NCBI GenBank assembly: GCA_963692915.1
Contig: OY843584.1
Location: forward strand, 1,440,001 to 1,504,000
From: Cenarchaeum sp.
GTDB taxonomy: Archaea; Thermoproteota; Nitrososphaeria; Nitrososphaerales; Nitrosopumilaceae
Length of the DNA stretch: 64,000 bases
Reading direction: 5' to 3'
The translations under genes and the position numbers were made by a program. The stretch's first letter is position 1. Every line of letters starts with the position of its first letter. The notes beneath the pieces are model-generated. The model saw only the letters and a list, made by a program, of their open reading frames with translations, had not been told where the DNA came from and did not search any database. Below are positions 47,522-57,019 of the stretch, piece by piece.

Positions 47522-48745
47522 GGCAACGCGTGCCTCGATGGCGACTCGCACAGCGCGCGCAAGCTCGGCGGCCGTGCGCCTGCGCCGCGGGCCGGCCTTT
47601 TTGCCGCGCTCTAGGATGACTGTCGCGCGCCGGCTCCCCGCGCGCGCCCCGACATCATTGGCCACGATAATGTCCGCATCGCACCCTGCCATCTTTGAGC
47701 GCGCAGACGAGACGAGCCTTGCGTGCGAGACGCCTGCCTCGGCCTTGAAGGCCACGATGACGGCCCTCGGGCACGCGCTGCGGATGCCGTCGACTATCTT
47801 GGGCGTGGGCACGAGCTTGAGCGTGATGGCGGCCCGCCGGCTCGGCATCTTTGAGCGTGACTGCGAGGATGGGGCATAGTCTGACACGGCCGCTGCCATG
47901 ACGACAATGTCAGCACCTGCGCGCAGCTCGGCCTTTACGGCGCGCGCCATCTCGGCAGCACCAGTCACGTTGGTGACTCCGATGCCCTCGGGCGGGCGCA
48001 CGCACGCCGGCCCGTAGACCATCCGCACGCGCGCGCCGGCGGCGGCGAGCTCGGAGGCCACGAGCGTGCCCGTCTCGCCCGTGCTGTGCGACACTATGGA
48101 CCGGACCGCGTCGATGCGCTCAGAGGTCGGGCCGGCCACAACGAGTGCGCGCTTGCCGCGCAGGGCCGTCGAGGCGCCCAGGACTACTAGTGCGCGACGC
48201 AGGACGGCCTCAGGCTCGGGAGCCTTTGCCTTTCCCTCCAGGATCGTCGGCTCGACGAACTCTATGCTCTTGCGCAGGAATGCCGTGTTGCGCCGCACGG
48301 CCGGATTTGCGTGCATCGAGGCGTGCATTGCCATGCACGCGATGATCGGTATCTTTGAGCCAAGGGCCACTGTCAGGACAGTCGCCACCGGCGTGTCATC
48401 TATCCCCGAGGCGAGCTTGCCTATCGTGTTGGCAGTTGCCGGATACACGACGACGAGGTCAGACCTGCCATAGTCGGCAAGCTCGACGTGCTCGAGCCTT
48501 CCGGTGAGCCTGGTGACTGGCGCATTGCCGGTGGCCCATCGAAAGTACTCTGGCCTTATGAGACGCGTTGCCGCAGAGCTAAGCACGCACGTGACGTCGG
48601 CCCCGTGGCGCATGAGGAGGCGCGCGACGTCTATGGCCCTGTATGCGGCGACGCTGCCGGCCACGCAGAGAACGACCCTCCTTCCGGCGAGGCCAGAGCC
48701 CTCCGAGCCGGTGATGTCCTTTGCGACGGCGCGCCTTGCCATCAT
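47507..48745 (-). CDS. coaBC: Bifunctional phosphopantothenoylcysteine decarboxylase / ligase
   Basis: GSVAAY, PATANT, GPTSERIDAVR, AAAVSDY, FKAE. Confidence 0.95.
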   Translation of the reverse strand: MMARRAVAKDITGSEGSGLAGRRVVLCVAGSVAAYRAIDVARLLMRHGADVTCVLSSAATRLIRPEYFRWATGNAPVTRLTGRLEHVELADYGRSDLVVVYPATANTIGKLASGIDDTPVATVLTVALGSKIPIIACMAMHASMHANPAVRRNTAFLRKSIEFVEPTILEGKAKAPEPEAVLRRALVVLGASTALRGKRALVVAGPTSERIDAVRSIVSHSTGETGTLVASELAAAGARVRMVYGPACVRPPEGIGVTNVTGAAEMARAVKAELRAGADIVVMAAAVSDYAPSSQSRSKMPSRRAAITLKLVPTPKIVDGIRSACPRAVIVAFKAEAGVSHARLVSSARSKMAGCDADIIVANDVGARAGSRRATVILERGKKAGPRRRRTAAELARAVRVAIEARVASDDN

Positions 48746-49530
48746 GTGCCCCCCATCGAGAACGAGTGGGCCTCTGAGGGAAACGCGCCAGACTCGACAT
48801 CATTGCGGTACTCAGACGCGGCAGCCGTTATCTCTGAGGCGAGGTCGCGATACCTCTTTGCAAACGATGGCCGAATGCGCTCGTACATGCCGAGCATGTC
48901 ATGCGCGACGAGAACCTGCCCGTCACACGAGGATCCCGAGCCGATCCCAATGGTCGGGATGCCAACTGACGCAGTCACGTCTGCGGCGGCCTCCGAGCTG
49001 ACCATCTCTAGGACCATCGCAAACGCGCCGGCGGACTCTAGTGCGCGCGCCGCACCGACGAGGCCTGCGGCATCCTCGCGCGTGAGCCCGTGCCTCCTGG
49101 TTCCCGTCGACGTCTGCGGCTGGTAGCCGATGTGGCCCATGACTGGCACTCCCGAGGCGACGATCGCAGCAACTTGCGCGCAGACCTCTGTGCCGCCCTC
49201 GACTTTTACGCCCTGCGCGCCGGCTGCAACTAGCGCACGCGCGCCAGAGACGGCCGAGTCCTCATTGTCATATGACCCGATTGGCATGTCTGAGACAACA
49301 AGGGCCTGTGCGCGTGCTGCGGCCACTGCGCGCGTAAAGAGGGCCATCTCGTCCATGCTGACACCGTGCGTAGAGTCCTGCCCCATGATCACCATTCCTG
49401 CACTGTCGCCGACTAGGAGAATGTCGATTCTGGCGCGATCAAGGAGCGTGGCCATCGTCGCGTCATACGCAGTCACGCACGATATCCTCCTTTTGCCCTT
49501 TAGGGCCGTGATCTCCCTAGCAGAGGCCAC
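48742..49530 (-). CDS. panB: 3-methyl-2-oxobutanoate hydroxymethyltransferase
   Basis: TAYD, LVGDS, VKVEGG, GHIG..PQ, DGQVLV.HD. Confidence 0.96.
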   Translation of the reverse strand: MASAREITALKGKRRISCVTAYDATMATLLDRARIDILLVGDSAGMVIMGQDSTHGVSMDEMALFTRAVAAARAQALVVSDMPIGSYDNEDSAVSGARALVAAGAQGVKVEGGTEVCAQVAAIVASGVPVMGHIGYQPQTSTGTRRHGLTREDAAGLVGAARALESAGAFAMVLEMVSSEAAADVTASVGIPTIGIGSGSSCDGQVLVAHDMLGMYERIRPSFAKRYRDLASEITAAASEYRNDVESGAFPSEAHSFSMGGT

Positions 49531-50287
49531 GGCCGGCCATCCTCCCTAGGCGCACGTTGATGTCATGTATGTGCCCTGCGAGGGCCCCGGCGTTGTCGTG
49601 TGCGGCGACGATTCGCGCGAGCCGGCTGCCGCTCGCATGCCGCAGAGTCGAGCAGCGCGAGGCGAGCAGGCCCATGGCCCGCACGACATTGTCGACTATG
49701 GTGATGTCTGCGGCCCGCGCGGTCCGCGAGAGCGGGTTGAGGTCTATGGCGATGACTCGCTTGCCTGCCCGCACTAGGGCCTCGGCGCGGTCGCCGTCCT
49801 CGAGGGGAACGAGGACGACGTCAGCGGCGGCGATGCCGCGTGAGTCGATGATGCGCCGCGCCGAGTCTAGGCCACCGAGCCTCACCTGCGAGGATCGCGA
49901 GACGCCAAGAACCCCGCGCGCGCCGAGGGACGCAAGGCGCGCGGCTATCTTTTTGCGGCGCGCGGTGCTGTCATAGAACAGGTTTACCTCTAGGCGCGCA
50001 CCGGCTGCGCGCGCAACGCCGATGGCCTCCCTTGCGCAGAGTGCGGCCACGTTGCCGTTGACCGAGACGACGGGCCGCTCGGCGAGGAGGAGCATTGCGG
50101 CGGCCGCACTGATCGACGAGCGCGCGCGCCGGCCCGTGCGCTCGCCGAGGAGATAGTCAAATGCCTCGCCGCGGCCATGCGCAATGAGGCCCTCATGGGC
50201 CACGAGTCCGGCACCAAACCCGGAGACGAGGCCCTCGCGGATGCGCAGCGACTCGGCGCGCGGATGTGATCGCGGAATGTGGCCCAT
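49517..50287 (-). CDS. pps: Phosphopantothenate synthetase (archaeal)
   Basis: IPRSHPRAESL, AHGRGEAFDYLLGE, VPLEDGDR, IDLNPLSRT. Confidence 0.93.
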   Translation of the reverse strand: MGHIPRSHPRAESLRIREGLVSGFGAGLVAHEGLIAHGRGEAFDYLLGERTGRRARSSISAAAAMLLLAERPVVSVNGNVAALCAREAIGVARAAGARLEVNLFYDSTARRKKIAARLASLGARGVLGVSRSSQVRLGGLDSARRIIDSRGIAAADVVLVPLEDGDRAEALVRAGKRVIAIDLNPLSRTARAADITIVDNVVRAMGLLASRCSTLRHASGSRLARIVAAHDNAGALAGHIHDINVRLGRMAGRGLC

Positions 50288-50301
50288 CGTGCCAGCACCG
50301 A

Positions 50302-51186
50302 CTATTCGAGGCGCGCTCCGGCATTGTCGACACTTGAGCGCAAGACCTGCCCGCCGCGTGAGCCGAGTATGCGCAGCGCGCGCGACTCTGAGCCAGAGTC
50401 GACCATGGCAAAGACCGTCTCGCCAAAGAGCGCAACGCCGCACGCAATCCCCGCATCGCGCAGCGCTTCCATCACGTCGCGCATGCGTGGCGTGATGACA
50501 TTGATGTATCCGGCAAAGCGTGCTGACATGTCCTGAAATGCCCGACTGTCACGCGACGAGCGGAGCTCCTCGACCATCCTGCCGCCCAGGCCGTTTATGC
50601 TCTCTATCCTGTCTGTGATAAAGTCGTGCGTTGACATTGGCGCAAAGCACACGAGGGCGACGCGCGAGTCAGACGGTGTCCTCTCCACAATGCCAACGCC
50701 GGGCGCGCCAGCAGTCGTCCTGATCTCAAATCCGCCATCAAGCGCGCCGGCAACATCGCCGAGGCCTGTTCTGCACTCGATCTCGGCAGTGTGCGCGACC
50801 TGTGCGGCGCGCTGGCGCGAGAGGCCAGTCTCTAGCGCGGCGTTTAGCGCGAGCGAGAGCGAGAGCGCAACGGCGGCACTCGAGCCGAGACCATAGCCGA
50901 CTGGCACGCCGATCTCGTGGTGAACCCTAATGGAGTGGGGGCGCTCCAAGAGCGCCTCATACCTGGCGATCACGGCCTTTGAGACGGCAGTGTCTGCAGG
51001 ACTGTGGCCGCTGGTGTGTATGTCGCTCTTTGGAGCCGCTGACGGCTCGGCCTCGACGACGGTCCGAACGCCGTGCGCGATCGAGAATCCGGCTCCCATC
51101 GAGCCGGCCCTGAGCGCGTCGGCCGTGTCCATCTCGGCCTTGAAGAAGCCTGTGATGTGCGCCGGGCAGAATGCCACACCCCTCAT
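50302..51186 (-). CDS. pok: Pantoate kinase (GHMP family)
   Basis: FCPAHITGFF, PVGYGLGSSAA, TGLGDV; located in the CoA cluster. Confidence 0.93.
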   Translation of the reverse strand: MRGVAFCPAHITGFFKAEMDTADALRAGSMGAGFSIAHGVRTVVEAEPSAAPKSDIHTSGHSPADTAVSKAVIARYEALLERPHSIRVHHEIGVPVGYGLGSSAAVALSLSLALNAALETGLSRQRAAQVAHTAEIECRTGLGDVAGALDGGFEIRTTAGAPGVGIVERTPSDSRVALVCFAPMSTHDFITDRIESINGLGGRMVEELRSSRDSRAFQDMSARFAGYINVITPRMRDVMEALRDAGIACGVALFGETVFAMVDSGSESRALRILGSRGGQVLRSSVDNAGARLE

Positions 51187-51249
51187 GCGTGAGCCTAAAT
51201 TATGGGCAAAATATAAAAATACGGATTAAATCCCCTAAACCAGTTTAAA

Positions 51250-52236
51250 TTGGCTAAATTCCGCCGACGCCTACAGAGGATTGGGAGCAGCACACTCGTC
51301 TCGCTGCCAAAGGAGTGGGTCGATGCCAACTCGCTCGCAAAGGGCGCCGAAGTCGGCCTCGAGACCGAGCGCGACACGCTCGTCCTGAGCGCTGCCGGCG
51401 AGTCGACGCCGGCGCGCGAGCTCGAGATATCATACCCCCTGCCCGGCAGGGAGAACATTGTCGCAAACATCACGGGCGCATACCTCCTAGGGTATGACAT
51501 TATCCGCATCGCCGGCGAGGGCGACATTCCGGCAGCAGACCACGACAACATACGCCACGCGATGAGGCGCCTCGTCGGCATGGAGATAGTCGAGGAGAGC
51601 GGCCAGGGAGTGAGCATGCAGTTTCTGCCAGATGCGACGACACTCCGGCCGCAGATGATACTAAAGAGGATGAACGCGATTGTGGTGGGCATGCATGGCG
51701 AGATACTCGCGGCGATAAAGTCACGCGACCGGTCTGGACTGCGCGCGCTTGCGAGCAGGGATGACGAGGTCAACCGGCAGTACTTTTTGCTCGTCCGCCT
51801 CATACGCAGCGTCATGACCGACCGGCGCCTTGCCAGCGCGTTTAGCCTCGCGAACATCGACGTTCTTGACTATCGCATTGCGGCAAACCTCGTCGAGGGG
51901 GCAGGTGACGCAGTAGTCGAGCTCGCCAATGCGCTCGCCGAGACGACGGTTCCGCAGGCCGACCTGACTAGAATGCATGACATGGCCAAAAACTCTGCGC
52001 GCGTCGCCGACCTTGCAGTCGAGGCGCTCGTCACGCGCAGCCGTGCCACTGCGATCGAGGCCATACGCGAGCACCGCGAGTTCCAGAAAAAGATAGCCTC
52101 GCTGAGGTCATCCCTCGATCGGCGCGGCGGGGTTCAGCTTGACTATCTTGACATTCTGCACATGTTTGAGCGTGTCGAGCGCTCGTGGGCTGACGTGGCC
52201 GACCTTATCACGCCAGACTATGGGGAGCGCGAGTAG
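51250..52236 (+). CDS. phoU: AbrB-PhoU phosphate uptake regulator
   Basis: RRLQRIG.STLVSLPKEWV, RDDEVNRQYFL. Confidence 0.88.
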   Translation: MAKFRRRLQRIGSSTLVSLPKEWVDANSLAKGAEVGLETERDTLVLSAAGESTPARELEISYPLPGRENIVANITGAYLLGYDIIRIAGEGDIPAADHDNIRHAMRRLVGMEIVEESGQGVSMQFLPDATTLRPQMILKRMNAIVVGMHGEILAAIKSRDRSGLRALASRDDEVNRQYFLLVRLIRSVMTDRRLASAFSLANIDVLDYRIAANLVEGAGDAVVELANALAETTVPQADLTRMHDMAKNSARVADLAVEALVTRSRATAIEAIREHREFQKKIASLRSSLDRRGGVQLDYLDILHMFERVERSWADVADLITPDYGERE

Positions 52237-52465
52237 GCCGCGCACTGGCCTGACACCGGCAACGCCAAAAGCTCGTGAGTATTATCACGCAGAGATCGGT
52301 GGTCACCTCTATCACATTTTAGAAACGGGACGACGGTGCGGCTATACAACCGCAGCCGCCACCTCTGGGGCGATCCTCCGCTATAAACTCACCATGCATT
52401 AAGTAGCGAGTGGAGAACAATAAACTATTTGATCAAGTTTAGGAGTGAGATCACCATCTTTTGCT

Positions 52466-53488
52466 CTATTTTACGATCTTGAGAATGTCGTCGAGTGTTT
52501 GCTCAATATTTTTAAGCAAGCTAGTCTCTAGCTCTTTAGTGTCATTTTCTATATCTTTGCATTTTTTGAATGCCTTGATAATATCATACTGCGCCGTGGT
52601 GCATAATTCTTCAATTTTTACGATGTTTACCTCCATTGGCGCTGTCTTTTTGGCTGCCATTTTTATGCGAGCTATCTGGCAAACGACTTTTAAGATTTCT
52701 GGTAACGGCACACCATTATTTTCCATACCATATGCGATGTACGGCCCTCGTAGAATGCCAATCGTGTCGATCTCTTTCGGCAGAGTTGTGATGTCTTTTG
52801 CTATAAACACACCAAATTCTGCATCATGGTTTTTGACAGCTCCAGAGATCTCGTTAGTGGCTTCCTTAAATGTTATCTTTTTTTGATTCCCTTTCTGATT
52901 GGGCTCCGCTCCTTTTTTGACCTCGAACACAACTCTGCCTTCTTTGAAATCGATTATAAAGTCACCCTTGGTGTCAATCTTTCCTGTCTTCCTACTTACG
53001 TCTTCAAATGGCACAACTTCAAAACTGGCAATTTCTCTGATCAGGCAACCAACATTCTCTTGATAAGATAAACCAGCCAAACCCGTCTTCGATTTTATTC
53101 GCTCCATTTCTCTTTCCTTGATTATATTGCTCTCGACTTTATCAATTAAATTCTTAATAGCTTCTGTACTTACATCTAGATTCCCCTTAACAGCCGTTTC
53201 ACCATCAATTATGGATTGCACAATCATGTTTTTTGCTTTTTCTATACTCATTTCCATGTCCGCTGTGTGTAATTTCACTGTTTTACCTAGGCTGTCTATT
53301 TTTGCTCTGTCTCCCGCTATGTCGGTTGCAAACAGATGTTGTTCTATTGCACGTTCTACAAACTTAACACGCTCATCAGCCTTGATTTCATTGATAGCCC
53401 TAGCGATTTTTTCATTATTGATTACCACATTGTCAAAAAACACTTTACTGCCCTCAACAGTTACCGTCGCCAACACCACACGTCTCAA
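52466..53488 (-). CDS. AT-rich coiled-coil protein with PD-(D/E)xK nuclease-like domain (RmuC/DUF2130-like)
   Basis: G..YQE.V...KGDFII...VVFEVK; coiled coils on both sides; much lower GC than the flanks. Confidence 0.6.
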   Translation of the reverse strand: MRRVVLATVTVEGSKVFFDNVVINNEKIARAINEIKADERVKFVERAIEQHLFATDIAGDRAKIDSLGKTVKLHTADMEMSIEKAKNMIVQSIIDGETAVKGNLDVSTEAIKNLIDKVESNIIKEREMERIKSKTGLAGLSYQENVGCLIREIASFEVVPFEDVSRKTGKIDTKGDFIIDFKEGRVVFEVKKGAEPNQKGNQKKITFKEATNEISGAVKNHDAEFGVFIAKDITTLPKEIDTIGILRGPYIAYGMENNGVPLPEILKVVCQIARIKMAAKKTAPMEVNIVKIEELCTTAQYDIIKAFKKCKDIENDTKELETSLLKNIEQTLDDILKIVK

Positions 53489-53602
53489 TACTGTGGATTA
53501 TAAGGCTTGCTTGAACCGTCACGCCGTCTCTCATACCTGCATTCTGTACCGTCACACCGACTCTTCTCACCTAGTCCGCAAGGGAGACAGCAACCAAGTC
53601 CG

Positions 53603-54118
53603 TTATTTTCGCTTGCTGCGGCCAACATACGCCAAAACCGCGCATATCGTCTTTGAGTCCTGTATCTTGCCGGAGAGGATCATCTTGACGAGCCTGTCAA
53701 GGTCCATCTTTACGACTGTGATAAACTCGTCATTGTCTGGGTCGATCTCGGCGACCTTTACGGCACGCCGTGCCAGATAGCAGTGTATGACCTCCATGTT
53801 GTAGCCTATTGAGGGATAGTACGCAATCAGGCGCGAGAGGCGCCCGGACCTGTGCCCTGTCTCCTCCATGAGCTCGCGCGAGGCGCACGCGCGAGGGTTC
53901 TCACCGCGCTCTAGCGTGCCGGCCGGTATCTCTAGGACATACCCGTGAGGAAAGCGGTGCTGCCTTACCAGGACCACCTTGCCGTCCTCATCAAAGGCCA
54001 GGACAGCGGCTGCCCCGCCATGCTCTATAATCTCGCGCCGCACGCGCCTTCCCTCCACCGTTATGTCGTGAACGGTGAGGCCGACCATCTTGCCCCTGTA
54101 TACCGTCCTCTTTGCCAT
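53603..54118 (-). CDS. NUDIX hydrolase (ADP-ribose pyrophosphatase-like)
   Basis: EIPAGTLERGE...ASRELMEETG. Confidence 0.92.
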   Translation of the reverse strand: MAKRTVYRGKMVGLTVHDITVEGRRVRREIIEHGGAAAVLAFDEDGKVVLVRQHRFPHGYVLEIPAGTLERGENPRACASRELMEETGHRSGRLSRLIAYYPSIGYNMEVIHCYLARRAVKVAEIDPDNDEFITVVKMDLDRLVKMILSGKIQDSKTICAVLAYVGRSKRK

Positions 54119-55027
54119 TCACTGCGCACCTGCCATCGGCGCTATGTGGAGCGTCGGGGACTCTATTGCCTCGCGAAGGGCCGGCTCTGTCCATTCCTGC
54201 AGAAAGAGCATCCTCTTTGGTATGAACAGGTCTGCCGAGACGACGCCGTCAGCATCGCGAACCGCCTGCGTCAGGCCGTCAAGGCCATAGATGCTCTCAC
54301 TCTGCAAGAACAGCACTATCTGGTTTGTCGTGAGTATCGGATCCTGCATAAAGTGCTCACCGAGCAGCTCGCGCAGCCTGACTGCGGCCTCGGCCGGCTC
54401 GTCACTCACGCCGGCGAGTATGACGTGCGGTATGTATGGCGCGGCCTTCATTGGGTCATAGACTGCCATAAACTGGACAGACCTGTCCTCGCGAAGCTTT
54501 TCGATCGAGCGCGTGACTGTCTTAGACGAGAATCCGGTTGCGTCAGCGACAGTCTCGACTGCGGCCCTGGGATCCTCCATGAGGGCCGCCATTATCGCAA
54601 GGTCGGTTCTAGTCAGGCGCGCGCGGTACGACGGCGTCTCGGCCTCAAATATCGTCAAGAGGCGCATGTCGCGCCAGAGCTCGCGCGCAAGGCGTATCTT
54701 TTCTTGCACGTCGCCAGTCACGGCAACCCCGCAGACCGTTATGCCGCCGACGCACGGAACGACGACAAAGGGCTCGCCGACTAGCCTGACCTGCGACATT
54801 ATCGCATCAGTGTCCTGTCCCGAAACTGCGGCAAAAAAGACGCCGCGGCCCAGGGCCGGCGGCTCGACCTTTAGCGTATAGCGCAGGATGAGCCCGTTGC
54901 GCTCCATCCTCTCAACTCTTGAGCGAACCGCGCCGCCGGAGAGGCCGACGCGCAGGCCGACCTGCCTGTCCGGCATCCTGCAGTCGTTGAGGAGGCACGA
55001 GAGGACCCCCATGTCCATGCTGTCCAT
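54119..55027 (-). CDS. Double-domain Lrp/AsnC transcriptional regulator
   Basis: Two wHTH units (LLNDCR...VGLS..AVRSRV; LMEDPR...TGFSSKTVTRSI). Confidence 0.85.
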   Translation of the reverse strand: MDSMDMGVLSCLLNDCRMPDRQVGLRVGLSGGAVRSRVERMERNGLILRYTLKVEPPALGRGVFFAAVSGQDTDAIMSQVRLVGEPFVVVPCVGGITVCGVAVTGDVQEKIRLARELWRDMRLLTIFEAETPSYRARLTRTDLAIMAALMEDPRAAVETVADATGFSSKTVTRSIEKLREDRSVQFMAVYDPMKAAPYIPHVILAGVSDEPAEAAVRLRELLGEHFMQDPILTTNQIVLFLQSESIYGLDGLTQAVRDADGVVSADLFIPKRMLFLQEWTEPALREAIESPTLHIAPMAGAQ

Positions 55028-55143
55028 ATGTGATGTCAGGTGGTCATTTAGGTCATATTTTAGACTTTTTATACCTAGAATTGTCCCAACCATGCCGCAG
55101 GTATGGGAAACACCTTAAATATAAGACGCTTTTATCCTATCGC

Positions 55144-56331
55144 ATGGACTATCGCGTGCGCCTCGCGCTTCGCATGCTGACGAGCCGCAGGGGCAGCATG
55201 ATCGGGGCGATCCTAGCCATCACCGTGGGCATCCTAGTCATACACGTCAACTTTGTCATATTCCAGGGCCTCTATGACGCGTTTGTGCGCGACATGAAGG
55301 CATACCAGTTTGGCGACATTTACGTGACCAACGAGGAGGACTATATCGACAAGTCTGACTCGCTCCTAGTCGGATGGTTTGAGCGCCTTCCGCAGGTCTC
55401 GGCGGCGGCCCCACGGCTAGGCTCGTCGGCATCGGTAAACGCGACTGGGACGGGCATGCGCTATGAGGAGTTTGGCATACCCATAGTCGGCGTCGACCCG
55501 CGCTATGACATGCGCGCATCGGCAATGCACGAGACTGTGACTGAGGGCCAGTACGTCACGTCACGCTCGTCGATGGTCATCGGCGCCTCTGTTGCGCGCG
55601 ACCTTGGCGGCCTGCAGATCGGCGACAACATCCGCATAAAGATAGTCGACCGTTGGGGCATTGACCAGTTTAGGCGGTTCACGATCAGCGGAATATCCGA
55701 GTCCGCCGGCGGGGCCGGCATGGACATGAGCCTCATAATGCACATCGACACGCTGCGCGACATACTCGATCGCAAGGACGCGAGCGGCTCGATGATAGTA
55801 AGGCTCAACGAGCCCCTTGAGGCAGCGAACGTGCGCGACTTGTTCCTTGCGTCATTTTCCGCTGATGACTTTAAGGCCGAGACCATTGAAGAGGCAGCCG
55901 AGTCGCAGCTTGCCGGATTCCGCTCTGGCATTGCGATGATCAACATGATCGGCCTCTTTGGAATGATGTCCGCCGCATTTGCGATCGTGACGATACAGAT
56001 GATGATAGTGAGCGGCAAGACGCGCGAGATTGGCATAATGCGCGCCATTGGCGCTCGCCGCAAGGACATACTCGTCATCTTTATCGCACAGGGCATGATC
56101 ATGGGGGCCGTGGGCGCGGCGACTGGCACCGCAGTGGGCCTCGGCTATACGGTATACGCAAAGGAGACAAAGATGAGCTTTTCAGGGAGCATTGCCCTAG
56201 AGGTGACCTACAACTGGGCCGCCATTGGGCGCACGGCACTACTCGCCTTTGGGCTAGCGGTGATTGCCTCAATATACCCGTCGTACAAGGCCACCAAGCT
56301 CCTGCCAGTGGAGGCGATGCGCTATGGCTGA
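55144..56331 (+). CDS. ABC transporter permease (LolE/MacB/FtsX family)
   Basis: KTREIGIMRAIGA, YPSYKATKLLPVEAMR. Confidence 0.92.
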   Translation: MDYRVRLALRMLTSRRGSMIGAILAITVGILVIHVNFVIFQGLYDAFVRDMKAYQFGDIYVTNEEDYIDKSDSLLVGWFERLPQVSAAAPRLGSSASVNATGTGMRYEEFGIPIVGVDPRYDMRASAMHETVTEGQYVTSRSSMVIGASVARDLGGLQIGDNIRIKIVDRWGIDQFRRFTISGISESAGGAGMDMSLIMHIDTLRDILDRKDASGSMIVRLNEPLEAANVRDLFLASFSADDFKAETIEEAAESQLAGFRSGIAMINMIGLFGMMSAAFAIVTIQMMIVSGKTREIGIMRAIGARRKDILVIFIAQGMIMGAVGAATGTAVGLGYTVYAKETKMSFSGSIALEVTYNWAAIGRTALLAFGLAVIASIYPSYKATKLLPVEAMRYG

Positions 56332-57019
56332 GGCGGTCCTTGAGATAAGCGGCCTCTCAAAGGTCTACGGCGCGGGCAAGGCCGGAGTCATCCAGACGCG
56401 CGCGCTGCGCGATGTCTCACTCACCGTCATGCGCGGCGAGTTTCTCCTCATTGTGGGCAGCTCGGGCTCGGGCAAGTCCACGCTGCTCAACATGATCGGC
56501 CTCCTGGACCGGCCCACGACGGGCAGCATAAAGATAGACGGCGTCGAGACCTCTGGCCTGACTGACGGCGAGCTCTCGTCGTTTCGCAGCTCGCGCCTCG
56601 GCTTTGTCTTCCAGTTCTCAAACCTCCTTGCCGAGCTGAGCGTGATTGAGAACGTCGAGCTGCCCCAAAAGATACTCGGTGATGCGCCTGCCGGCGCGTC
56701 GAGTGCGGCAAAGCTCCTAGAGGCCGTCGACATGCGCGATCAGATGCACAAGCGGGCCAATGCGATATCCGGCGGGCAGGCCCAGCGGGCCGCCATTGCG
56801 CGCGGCCTCATCAACCGCCCTGCGCTCGTCCTCGCCGACGAGCCCACCGGCAACCTCGATTCCAAGACTGCGTCAACGACTATCGACCTAATGAAGTCCA
56901 TGGCACGCGAGATGGGCCAGACGTTTGTCATAGTGACGCATGACAGGCACCAGTTCGGCGACGTCGACAGGGTCATATCGATAAAGGACGGCATGGCGCA
57001 CGAGGGTGATCTCGAGTGA
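56324..57019 (+). CDS. ABC transporter ATP-binding protein (LolD-like)
   Basis: GSSGSGKST, ISGGQ, LADEPTGNLD, VTHD. Confidence 0.95.
   Translation: MAEAVLEISGLSKVYGAGKAGVIQTRALRDVSLTVMRGEFLLIVGSSGSGKSTLLNMIGLLDRPTTGSIKIDGVETSGLTDGELSSFRSSRLGFVFQFSNLLAELSVIENVELPQKILGDAPAGASSAAKLLEAVDMRDQMHKRANAISGGQAQRAAIARGLINRPALVLADEPTGNLDSKTASTTIDLMKSMAREMGQTFVIVTHDRHQFGDVDRVISIKDGMAHEGDLE

Noticed and set aside
47507-51186. pok-pps-panB-coaBC cluster as novel
   Set aside because: Established archaeal CoA pathway.
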